A stretch of 64,000 nt of DNA from Minisyncoccota bacterium (GTDB lineage Bacteria > Patescibacteriota > Minisyncoccia > Phycocordibacterales > WO2-35-19): NCBI GenBank assembly GCA_036517255.1, contig DATDXE010000006.1, positions 8,023 through 72,022 of the forward strand, in the 5' to 3' direction. A program made the position numbers and the translations under genes. The notes below the pieces were generated by a model. It had not been told where the DNA came from and searched no databases. It was given only the letters and a program-made list of their open reading frames with translations. Positions 55,457-63,802 of this stretch are shown piece by piece (the stretch's first letter is position 1; the number at the start of each line of letters is the position of its first letter).

Positions 55457-57826
55457 ATGAACATCCAAATAAACCAGCCCTACAATTTTTCTGAAAATTC
55501 ACTGGCGAAAGGAAAGGTACTCATTATTGCAGTCGGAGGAGCAGGCATACCTAAAAAGCACGAGAATTTAAATGAAAACCTAAAAGAGGGACTGCTTATG
55601 GTGCCGTATCTCTCTGACTGTGCAGCTCGAATCGACTATATTTCACTGGCGCAGAAAGATAGTGCAGACCTTACACCAAGCGAGGTGGGCAGTATCGCAA
55701 GCACCATTCATCGTTATCAAAACACTTACGACGGATTTGTAGTTATCGCTGGTACTGACACTATGCCTTTCACCGCATCCGCCACAGCGTATGCTCTGCG
55801 TGGTATGGGAACACCTATTTTATTTATCGGCTCGACGCTAAACGTGGAGGAGTGGGATACTGATTTCCGATTGAACCTGCCCAATGCTATCAAAGTAGCT
55901 ACCATGGGTGCCACTGATGTAAATGCCCCGAGCTTCGGGGAAGTCGGTATACTTTTTGATGACAGCCTCTCAAGAGCAGTGGCTACGGTAAATAGAGGTA
56001 CCCGTTCAAACAACCCTATGATCACTCCTCGAGTACCGAAACTTGGTGATGTGGGTTGGACTATAAAACTTGAGTCTATGGCTAAGCCTCGTCGCCCTTC
56101 ACAGCTCAACTTTTCTTTGAACAATAATGAAAATTTAGCTTACTTTGATTTAGTTTCAGAGACTCACTTGAGCACTTTCAGTAACCTTGTGGAAGATAAA
56201 TTTATTCAAGGAATTGTGATCGGCGCTTTCGGAGCTGGCAATGTACCATCAAAGATGATTCCTCTTATATACAGAGCTGTGTATGAAAAGGGTAAAGCAG
56301 TAGCTGTAATCACCAACAATAAGAAAGGCAGTTCTGACATGGGCCTTTATGATGTAGGCGCTGCTGCCGTGAGAGCAGGAGCAATATCGCTAGGGCCAAT
56401 GACCAAGCCAGCAGCGATCGAAAAAATGCGATATGCCTTGAATAATGCCCAAGGAGAAGAGAAATTAGAATTCTTACAAGACGTAGCCCGCCTATTACTT
56501 ACTTCAGTGGCGGAAGAGATACCGGAAGGATTTTCTCGTAATGCTGTAAATCAAATCCGCGATAGATTCAGGAATTTACCGGCTTCTCTTGAATCGTTCT
56601 TCAAACCAAATAAATTTGTCTCACCTCGTTATCAGGTCCAAAATTATTGCAAGTCTAAAAATTCCAAGAAAAAAGTACTAGTCATAAGTATGGGGGGCAC
56701 CTTCTATATGGAGGTAAACGCCGCCGGCTCTCTCGCCCCTACTCGCAGACCTCTCGGCGACCTGTTAAATATGAAGTTTAAAAATTTAGAGAGACTTACT
56801 TCCTTGGATTATATCGAATTATTCAATCTTGATAGTTCCGACGTAGAACATCCTCATCGGGCAGAACTTGCCCAAGTAATTTCAAAGCATATAAATGATT
56901 ACGATGGGGTAGTAGTGCTGCATGGCACAGACACCATGGCCTACACGGCCTCGGCTCTTTCATTTATGCTCATTGGTCTTGAAAAAGACGTCATACTGAC
57001 TGGAGCTCAGAAACCAGGTTATAGTTCATCAGACTTTGATCGTAACTTTATAAAATCTATTAAGGCTATATTTGCAAGACTTGAAAAGCCTAAGAATCAG
57101 AGAATATCAGCTGGAGTGAAAATAGCCTTCGGGGATAAACTTATGAATGGTTCGACTGTGATCAAAGAGGACGAACATGGTATCAACGCTTTTGCTCCGA
57201 TGGAGAAACATCCTCTTGCCGGTAAATTAAGTATGGTGACTGACCTATATGACATCTATAAAAATTTGAAGAAAAGGGACTTCTCACTTTTTACTAGCTT
57301 TGACAAAAATGTAGCTTATTTCGAATGTATCAACGGCATAAATGTGAAGCAATTTGAAAGTGTCGTCGAAGATCCAAATGCTAGCGCTATTCTTATCGGC
57401 GGCTACGATGGAGGCAATATGCCGACACAGTTCAAATATTACATCGCGACAGCAGTCAATTCTTACAATAAACCAATCGCTTTCATTTCACACAGCGATA
57501 ATGGCTTTGCCGATATAACTACAGAAGGCAGAATAGGAGACTTTATAAAATCAGGTGGTATAGCGTTGGGTGACATGATCAAAGAGGCGGCTTATCAAAA
57601 ACTTTGTTTCGCTATGGGTATTGCGAAGGATGCCAAGATCGAAGGGCGAGATAAAATAGAATTCGTCCGAAAAATAATGCACACCAACTTCACCGGCGAA
57701 ATTTCCGACAACTTTTGTGCAAAGGGCGACCTCATATATAAAGGTTTATTTTCAGATAAAACCTTTTCAAGCGACGATATCGAAAAAGCAATCAAAAATT
57801 CCACTAAGAAAACAAAAAACAACTAA
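55457..57826 (+). CDS. Tandem two-module L-asparaginase/GatD-like protein
   Basis: Module 1 VGGAG..DS..AGTDTM..FGAGN; module 2 MGGT..DS..HGTDTM..TGAQ..GGN. Confidence 0.85.
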   Translation: MNIQINQPYNFSENSLAKGKVLIIAVGGAGIPKKHENLNENLKEGLLMVPYLSDCAARIDYISLAQKDSADLTPSEVGSIASTIHRYQNTYDGFVVIAGTDTMPFTASATAYALRGMGTPILFIGSTLNVEEWDTDFRLNLPNAIKVATMGATDVNAPSFGEVGILFDDSLSRAVATVNRGTRSNNPMITPRVPKLGDVGWTIKLESMAKPRRPSQLNFSLNNNENLAYFDLVSETHLSTFSNLVEDKFIQGIVIGAFGAGNVPSKMIPLIYRAVYEKGKAVAVITNNKKGSSDMGLYDVGAAAVRAGAISLGPMTKPAAIEKMRYALNNAQGEEKLEFLQDVARLLLTSVAEEIPEGFSRNAVNQIRDRFRNLPASLESFFKPNKFVSPRYQVQNYCKSKNSKKKVLVISMGGTFYMEVNAAGSLAPTRRPLGDLLNMKFKNLERLTSLDYIELFNLDSSDVEHPHRAELAQVISKHINDYDGVVVLHGTDTMAYTASALSFMLIGLEKDVILTGAQKPGYSSSDFDRNFIKSIKAIFARLEKPKNQRISAGVKIAFGDKLMNGSTVIKEDEHGINAFAPMEKHPLAGKLSMVTDLYDIYKNLKKRDFSLFTSFDKNVAYFECINGINVKQFESVVEDPNASAILIGGYDGGNMPTQFKYYIATAVNSYNKPIAFISHSDNGFADITTEGRIGDFIKSGGIALGDMIKEAAYQKLCFAMGIAKDAKIEGRDKIEFVRKIMHTNFTGEISDNFCAKGDLIYKGLFSDKTFSSDDIEKAIKNSTKKTKNN

Positions 57827-57892
57827 TTTGTAAGTTTTCGCATTAGCTTTCCTTTTTATTCTGTTGTAGAGTATTAAAAGGAGTACACCACC

Positions 57893-58111
57893 ATGTATCG
57901 AAGGTTCGAATACCCCGCTTCGTTTATTGGGAAGGTGAAGGAAGCCTTTCCCGAAAATACTGACATCCACGCACAACTGGACAATGGCGGAAGGTTCAGT
58001 GTCGAGCTTTTCCTGCAAGAAAGCGATCGAAAAGATCTCTTCGCCGAGCTTCAAGCACTCTTGCTCGAACAGAAGATATCGCCAGTTTCGGTCGGGTCTA
58101 TCGGCTGCTAA
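57893..58111 (+). CDS. 72-aa hypothetical protein
   Basis: AAAGGAG SD before ATG, GC-richer codons, hairpin 58127-58152 after the stop. Confidence 0.6.
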   Translation: MYRRFEYPASFIGKVKEAFPENTDIHAQLDNGGRFSVELFLQESDRKDLFAELQALLLEQKISPVSVGSIGC

Positions 58112-58126
58112 TGCTGGAAGTGGCCT

Positions 58127-58156
58127 GCCCCGTGTCGAGTGTGACACGGGGCGTTT
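58127..58156 (+). terminator. Hairpin terminator
   Basis: GCCCCGTGTC/GACACGGGGC followed by GTTT. Confidence 0.6.
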
Positions 58157-58405
58157 GCATCTATTTTTGACTCTTCTACATATTCTCTATACTCTAATAA
58201 CATGTCACTATCCATAGGAATAGGGCGAATGCAATACAACATGAGGGTAATAAAGCCATTCCGTTTGAACTAACAATACCGCTCCCACCGCCTCTTAGAA
58301 GGGGAGTAGACTATGGTTTTAGAAAGGGAAATGGAGATAATTGGATCATTACTTTAGATTGATATAGGACTTTCATTTTTCTTAAATCTTCATTACACTG
58401 GCCTC

Positions 58406-58819
58406 ATGGAAGATTATTCAAGATATTTAATCAGGGACTACAACTATTGGTCAGTTCAAGTACATACTAATCAAGGCTACCTCGGTAGGTGCATTATTTG
58501 GTGTAAGAGAGAAAATATTCTGGACCTAGCTGATGCTAGAAAGGGAGAACAAGAGGAGCTGTTTATGATATTAGAAAAGTTAAAAAGAGCCCTGAAAAAG
58601 TCATTTCAAGTCGATTGGTTTAATTATGCCTTTTTAGGAAATGAGACTATGCACCTACACGGTCATGTTGTCCCAAGATACGCTTCTCCTAGAGAATTTG
58701 CCGGAGTGACTTTTGTAGATGAGAGGTATGGACATAATTATCAGACTGACAAAAACTTTGTGACTTCTCCTGCACTACTGGAAGCGGTGAGAATTAAAAT
58801 TAAAGAAAATTTGGAGTAA
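58406..58819 (+). CDS. HIT-family nucleotide hydrolase
   Basis: NYAFLGN...HLHGHVVPRY. Confidence 0.9.
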   Translation: MEDYSRYLIRDYNYWSVQVHTNQGYLGRCIIWCKRENILDLADARKGEQEELFMILEKLKRALKKSFQVDWFNYAFLGNETMHLHGHVVPRYASPREFAGVTFVDERYGHNYQTDKNFVTSPALLEAVRIKIKENLE

Positions 58820-58836
58820 AGTCAGTAAGATAAAAC

Positions 58837-58865
58837 TTTACAAGCATACCCTATGGGGGTATTCT
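58837..58865 (+). promoter_or_regulatory. Promoter with CsoR operator
   Basis: TTTACA-17-TATTCT enclosing ATACCCTATGGGGGTAT (58846-58862), a C/G-tract dyad of CsoR type. Confidence 0.85.
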
Positions 58866-58871
58866 TTAGGC

Positions 58872-59144
58872 ATGAAAGCTCAAATTAAAAAGAAGGTAAT
58901 AAGAAGGCTTAACATCATCCAAGGTCAAACTAGAGGTTTAACTCGGATGGTAGAGGAAGAAAAATATTGTATTGATATTATTACCCAAGCGGGAGCCATT
59001 AAAGAAGCGTTATCCGGTGTTGAAAATTTAATATTACAGAATCACTTAGAAACTCACGTGTTGCATCAAATGAAAACAGGAAAAGAGAAGATAGCAACAG
59101 ACGAAATTCTTAAAATTTATAAGCTAGCGCAGAAGAAAAAATAA
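58872..59144 (+). CDS. csoR: Copper-sensing repressor, CsoR family
   Basis: RRL..I.GQ.RG..RM, YCIDII.Q, NHLETH. Confidence 0.88.
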   Translation: MKAQIKKKVIRRLNIIQGQTRGLTRMVEEEKYCIDIITQAGAIKEALSGVENLILQNHLETHVLHQMKTGKEKIATDEILKIYKLAQKKK

Positions 59145-59145
59145 T

Positions 59146-59343
59146 ATGAATCATAAAACTATTCGTTCTATACTGATTACCCTCCTAATAATTGTCGGTT
59201 TATATCTTGTGATTGATCATGGGCAACATCTTGTTCCATATCTGCCATTCGCATTTCTCCTTGGCTGCTTTTCAATGCACCTTTTTATGCATCACGGTCA
59301 TGGCCGTCACCATAATCATGATTCTAATCAAGATCCAAAGTAA
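59146..59343 (+). CDS. DUF2933-like small His-rich membrane protein
   Basis: Two TMs, C..MHLFMHHGHG. Confidence 0.8.
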   Translation: MNHKTIRSILITLLIIVGLYLVIDHGQHLVPYLPFAFLLGCFSMHLFMHHGHGRHHNHDSNQDPK

Positions 59344-59349
59344 AAATAT

Positions 59350-61470
59350 ATGAATCACAACCACCATGATCACAGTGTTCATTCTGGACATGTAATGCCG
59401 AGCTCTTCCAAAATGAGTTTTTGGCAGAAATTCAAAATGAGTATGTCTATGACGATGGGTATGGACCACACGGGTCTTGCTGGCCGAGAGATGGCCCACC
59501 TAATGGAAATAGATATCCGGAACAAGTTTTTCTTTTCTCTTATCCTAACAATTCCGATTATTCTATATTCGCCCTTGGGAACTGAATTTCTTAAGCTCAA
59601 TCTTCCATCTCCCATACCACTTCCACGGCTTCTTTTCATTTTAACGACACCAGTGTTTTTCTATTCAGGCTGGATTTTTCTATATTCAACTTTTGTCGCT
59701 CTGAAAAACAAGACTCTTAATATGGCCGTACTCATTGCTGTTGGCATTACGGCGGCCTATGGCTTCAGTGTTTTGCTAACTTTGATCGGAAGTGCAGATT
59801 CATATTATGAAGCGGCTGCAATGCTCATTACTTTCGTACTATTCGGCCACTGGATGGAAATGAAATCGAGGCGAGGCACAACAGATGCTCTCCAAGCCCT
59901 TTTTAATCTTGTGCCACCTCAAGCTAGGATTTTTAAGGATGGCAAGGAAATAATGGTTTCCACTTCCGATATACAACTTGGCGACATAATCATTCTTAAA
60001 CCGGGAGATAAAGTTCCTGTTGATGGAGAAATTACTCTCGGCGAAACTTCTATTGATGAATCCCTAGTCACTGGAGAATCAATCCCTACCGCTAAAAAAG
60101 TCGGAGATCAAGTAATAGGAGGATCAATTAATACTGCTGGTTCGGTTAGATTTAAGGCAACAAAAATCGGTAAGGATACTGCTCTTGCTAGAATCGTGAA
60201 GATGGTTGAAGAAGCACAGAATTCAAAAGCTCCCGGACAAAGAATCGCAGATAAATTTGCAAAGTACTTAGTTATTGGGGCAATCGGATCGGGACTTCTT
60301 GTCTTTGGTATTTGGTACTTTGTAGCAGGCTCAACTCTCATGGTCGCTCTTTCTTTTGCCATCGCAACAGTCGTGATTGCTTGTCCTGACGCCCTTGGGC
60401 TTGCCACTCCGACTGCTGTAGCTGTCGGTACTGGGCTCGGAGCTAAACATAATATTCTTATAAAAGATGCGCCAACCCTTGAACAAGTATCAAAAATTCA
60501 AGCAATTGTATTAGATAAAACAGGAACTCTCACTGAAGGAAAGCCAAAAATAACTAATGTAGCTACGGTTAATGGATATGACGCTGATGAAGCACTTCGT
60601 ATAGTAGGTTCAGCTGAAGCCAAGTCATCTCATCCTCTAGCTAGTGCGGTCCTTGATGAACTTAAAAATAGAGGTCTTGCATTATCAAACTCAGTTGATA
60701 AGTTTGAAAATCTTTCAGGCCTTGGAGTGAGAGCAATAGTAGATGGTAAAAATGTTCTCATTGGCACAGTCAAACTCATGAAAGATAGCGGTGTTGCTCT
60801 CGGTGAATTAGAACAAAAAATAAATGAGTTTTTAGAAAGAGGAGAAACTATTATGATACTTGCGGTAGAGGGAGCTATCAAAGCTGTTATTGGAGCAGAA
60901 GATCCGATAAAACCTAATGCTATAAAAGCGGTAGAGCGTCTGAAGACTTTAGAGATAGAAATCGCCATGATTACTGGAGACAATAAATTGACTGCAGAAA
61001 AAGTTGCTAGTCAGATTGGAATAGAAAGAGTATTTTCAGAAGTGATGCCTGCGGACAAAGCGAGTTATGTTAAGAAACTTCAAGAAGAAGGAAAATTTAC
61101 AGCAATGGTTGGCGACGGTGTTAATGATGCGCCAGCTCTTGCCCAAGCTGATGTGGGCATTGCTATTGGGGCAGGTACTGATGTTGCCATAGAAACAGCA
61201 AAGGTGGTTCTTATGAAATCTGATCCTTTAGATATCCTTCGAGCAATCACCTTGAGCAAGGCAACGGTTCGCAAAATGAAGCAGAATCTCTTTTGGGCTT
61301 CAATCTACAATGTCCTTGCCATACCAGTTGCCGGCGGCATTCTCTACCCCAATTTTGGTATTATGCTTCGTCCAGAATTTGCAGCACTTCTTATGAGTGT
61401 ATCCTCGATTATTGTGGCAACTAACGCTGTGTTGTTGAAGCGAGTTGAAAGAGACTTAGTAGCAGTATAA
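59350..61470 (+). CDS. Copper-translocating P1B-type ATPase
   Basis: His/Met-rich N-terminus, TGES, CPD, DKTGT, HP, GDGVND, YN and MSVSS. Confidence 0.93.
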   Translation: MNHNHHDHSVHSGHVMPSSSKMSFWQKFKMSMSMTMGMDHTGLAGREMAHLMEIDIRNKFFFSLILTIPIILYSPLGTEFLKLNLPSPIPLPRLLFILTTPVFFYSGWIFLYSTFVALKNKTLNMAVLIAVGITAAYGFSVLLTLIGSADSYYEAAAMLITFVLFGHWMEMKSRRGTTDALQALFNLVPPQARIFKDGKEIMVSTSDIQLGDIIILKPGDKVPVDGEITLGETSIDESLVTGESIPTAKKVGDQVIGGSINTAGSVRFKATKIGKDTALARIVKMVEEAQNSKAPGQRIADKFAKYLVIGAIGSGLLVFGIWYFVAGSTLMVALSFAIATVVIACPDALGLATPTAVAVGTGLGAKHNILIKDAPTLEQVSKIQAIVLDKTGTLTEGKPKITNVATVNGYDADEALRIVGSAEAKSSHPLASAVLDELKNRGLALSNSVDKFENLSGLGVRAIVDGKNVLIGTVKLMKDSGVALGELEQKINEFLERGETIMILAVEGAIKAVIGAEDPIKPNAIKAVERLKTLEIEIAMITGDNKLTAEKVASQIGIERVFSEVMPADKASYVKKLQEEGKFTAMVGDGVNDAPALAQADVGIAIGAGTDVAIETAKVVLMKSDPLDILRAITLSKATVRKMKQNLFWASIYNVLAIPVAGGILYPNFGIMLRPEFAALLMSVSSIIVATNAVLLKRVERDLVAV

Positions 61471-61479
61471 AAAATAATC

Positions 61480-61647
61480 ATGAAAAATTTTAAATTCACA
61501 AATTTTGCAGTATTTATAATCTTCTTTGGAATAGCGCTCATTGAGGCTTTTCAAAAACATAACTGGATAGAAGCATTACTTTTTCTGGCATTAGGAGTAA
61601 TATCATTCCGTGCTGATTTCCCGAAAGATGAAAACAAAATTAAATAA
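61480..61647 (+). CDS. 55-aa two-TM membrane protein (absent from ORF track)
   Basis: MKNFKFTNFAVFIIFFGIALIEAFQKHNWIEALLFLALGVISFRADFPKDENKIK; fills the operon gap. Confidence 0.7.
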   Translation: MKNFKFTNFAVFIIFFGIALIEAFQKHNWIEALLFLALGVISFRADFPKDENKIK

Positions 61648-61652
61648 TTACT

Positions 61653-63221
61653 ATGAATAAGATAATATACATTCTAGTCATAATTGTAGTCGTTATACTT
61701 GGAGGTTGGTGGTATTTTAGTGTTCACTCAAACAAATCTTTCTCAACTAGTATTTCTAGCACATCTTTAGCAAAAGAATCTAAAGTGGTTGAACTTAAAA
61801 ACGGCGATACTTATGACCTCACAGCGAGCTATGTTGAAAAAGAAATTAATGGAGTGAAATATAAAATGCTCGCTTACAACGGCTCAATTCCTGGACCAGT
61901 TATTAAAGTCGCCCAAGGATCAGAAGTAATGATCAACTTCAAAAATAATACCGATATGAATACCTTGCTTCATTCGCATGGTATTCGTATGGATAACGCT
62001 TTTGATGGCTCACAAACAACCCAAAAAGAAATAAAGCCCGGGGAAACATTTACTTATCAGTTAAAATTCCCTGATGCGGGTATGTATTGGTATCATCCTC
62101 ACGTTCGAGAAGATTACGAACAAGAGCTTGGTCTTTATGGAAACTTTTTGGTAGTTCCGACGAACAAGAATTATTGGTCTCCCGTTAATCAGGAAATTCC
62201 ACTTTTCCTAGACGACATTCTTATCCAAAACGACAAAATAAATTTAAGCAAACAAACTGCTGACCACACACTCATGGGTCGCTATGGAAATGTGATGCTA
62301 GTAAATGGTGAGACTAACTATTCACTTTCTGTTAAGAAGGGAGAAGTTGATCGTTTTTACATTACAAATTCCGCCAATGCCAGACCTTTCAATTTTGCTA
62401 TTGCTGGCACCAAACTTAAGTTAGTCGGAGCTGATGGTGGATCGTACGAAAAAGATCAATGGAAAGATTCAGTGATAATTGGTCCGTCAGAAAGATCTAT
62501 TGTAGAGGTGCTATTTGATAAAAGTGGTACCTTTGTAATTCAGAATAAAACACCAGACCAAACTTACACACTAGGTTCAATAAATGTATCTAGTGATCCT
62601 GTTAGTGTTTCCTACGCAGGAGAATTTGGAATGCTTAAAAAGCATACTGCAACCACACAAAGCATTAATCCTCTTCGTTCATATTTTAACAAGGCAGTAG
62701 ATAAGCGAATAGCTCTTTCCATAGAGATGAGTGGAGCTCCAATGCAAATGCAGATGGGTGGCGGCCATATGATGTCAGACGGCACTATGATGGGTGGAGG
62801 AATGATGATGGGTGGCAGCTCCGATGGTATCGAATGGGAAGACACAAATAATATGATGGGCTCTATGTCTAACATGGATAATGTGAAATGGAAGATTACA
62901 GATCGGGGTACTGGAAAAGTGAATAAAGATATTAACTGGACCTTCAAAAAAGGAGAACCTGTAAAGATTGAAATATTTAACGATCCAAAATCAATGCATC
63001 CGATGCAACATCCAATCCATTTCCATGGGCAACAATTCTTAGTTCTTTCAGTAAACGGTGTTAGGCAGACAGATTTAGTATGGAAAGATACAGTCCTTGT
63101 CCCAGCAGGGCAAACTATTGAGATTCTATTGAATCCAACAAACCTAGGAACTTGGATGGCCCATTGTCATATCGCCGAGCATTTGGAGGATGGAATGATG
63201 TTCGAGTTTAAGGTTGAATAA
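61653..63221 (+). CDS. Multicopper oxidase with Met-rich insert (CueO-like)
   Basis: HSHG, WYHPH, HPIHFHG, HCHIAEHLEDGMM. Confidence 0.95.
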   Translation: MNKIIYILVIIVVVILGGWWYFSVHSNKSFSTSISSTSLAKESKVVELKNGDTYDLTASYVEKEINGVKYKMLAYNGSIPGPVIKVAQGSEVMINFKNNTDMNTLLHSHGIRMDNAFDGSQTTQKEIKPGETFTYQLKFPDAGMYWYHPHVREDYEQELGLYGNFLVVPTNKNYWSPVNQEIPLFLDDILIQNDKINLSKQTADHTLMGRYGNVMLVNGETNYSLSVKKGEVDRFYITNSANARPFNFAIAGTKLKLVGADGGSYEKDQWKDSVIIGPSERSIVEVLFDKSGTFVIQNKTPDQTYTLGSINVSSDPVSVSYAGEFGMLKKHTATTQSINPLRSYFNKAVDKRIALSIEMSGAPMQMQMGGGHMMSDGTMMGGGMMMGGSSDGIEWEDTNNMMGSMSNMDNVKWKITDRGTGKVNKDINWTFKKGEPVKIEIFNDPKSMHPMQHPIHFHGQQFLVLSVNGVRQTDLVWKDTVLVPAGQTIEILLNPTNLGTWMAHCHIAEHLEDGMMFEFKVE

Positions 63222-63381
63222 AAGTTGCGAAAGGGGTTACTGACTGGTCATTCATAGCCGAATTTCCATAAGAAATTTTAACACTATTTTTAATATCTGG
63301 CAAATTTACACCTACTTGTGTTACCAACACTATACATGTAGTGTGGGATACTTCGCTGGTTTTTATTCGGGTAGATGATGC

Positions 63382-63444
63382 CTGTATACTGGTGGGATGT
63401 AGTTTGAAGTCCTTGAGGCTCCATACTCTCCCATCAGTATATAG
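63382..63444 (+). other. Long hairpin enclosing GAAGTCC-TT-GAGGCTC
   Basis: 16-bp stem 63382-63397/63429-63444 with two G-U pairs on the + strand. Confidence 0.55.
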
Positions 63445-63525
63445 TCATTGTCCACAGAAGCTTATGTATGCAAATTTTCTTATTTGTCGTATAATATCTA
63501 TTGATAGCCCAATATAGACTCAAAT

Positions 63526-63559
63526 GAGACTCTGGAAGTCCGCCTTATTTTGTTGGACT
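63526..63559 (+). promoter_or_regulatory. Putative Com-type RNA site 1 plus hairpin in the com-like leader
   Basis: GAGACTC-TG-GAAGTCC; AGTCC pairs with GGACT 10 nt before the ATG; TATAAT at 63490-63495. Confidence 0.65.
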
Positions 63560-63569
63560 CTCGATTCTT

Positions 63570-63749
63570 ATGAAGGAGTCACATGATTATCATTGTTCCT
63601 GCGGCAAACTCCTTTGCAAGGGGGCTATTTTTGATGGTGAAATTCAAATAAAGTGCAAGAGGTGTGGGAAAATTCAAACAATAGAAGATCTCACAGTGCT
63701 TAAAGAGGATTTTCACTCAGCGGAACATATACTTCCCAAGAAAATTTAA
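63570..63749 (+). CDS. Mu Com-like zinc-ribbon protein, 59 aa (absent from ORF track)
   Basis: MKESHDYHCSCGKLLCKGAIFDGEIQIKCKRCGKIQTI..., with the C-x-C-GKLL ... IKC-x-RC pattern. Confidence 0.85.
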   Translation: MKESHDYHCSCGKLLCKGAIFDGEIQIKCKRCGKIQTIEDLTVLKEDFHSAEHILPKKI

Positions 63750-63764
63750 TGTGTTTTAAACAGA

Positions 63765-63802
63765 GAGGCTCTAGAAGCCCATATTGTCAAAAGATATGGG
63801 CT
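63765..63802 (+). promoter_or_regulatory. Putative Com-type RNA site 2 plus start-codon-occluding hairpin
   Basis: GAGGCTC-TA-GAAGCCC; AGCCCATAT/ATATGGGCT perfect 9-bp stem contains ATG 63796. Confidence 0.7.

Noticed and set aside
62740-62880. ATG/GGN-rich tandem-like repeats
   Set aside because: They encode the Met/Gly-rich copper-binding insert of the oxidase, not a DNA repeat array
63327-63344. NrdR box (ACACTATACATGTAGTGT)
   Set aside because: Spacing does not fit the 16-bp box, single copy, no nrd genes adjacent
63583-63651. AAGGAG-led 22-aa ORF (MIIIVPAANSFARGLFLMVKFK) overlapping the com-like gene
   Set aside because: The other frame carries the four-Cys Com pattern; the SD-like string may just be Lys-Glu codons, though a decoy start cannot be excluded
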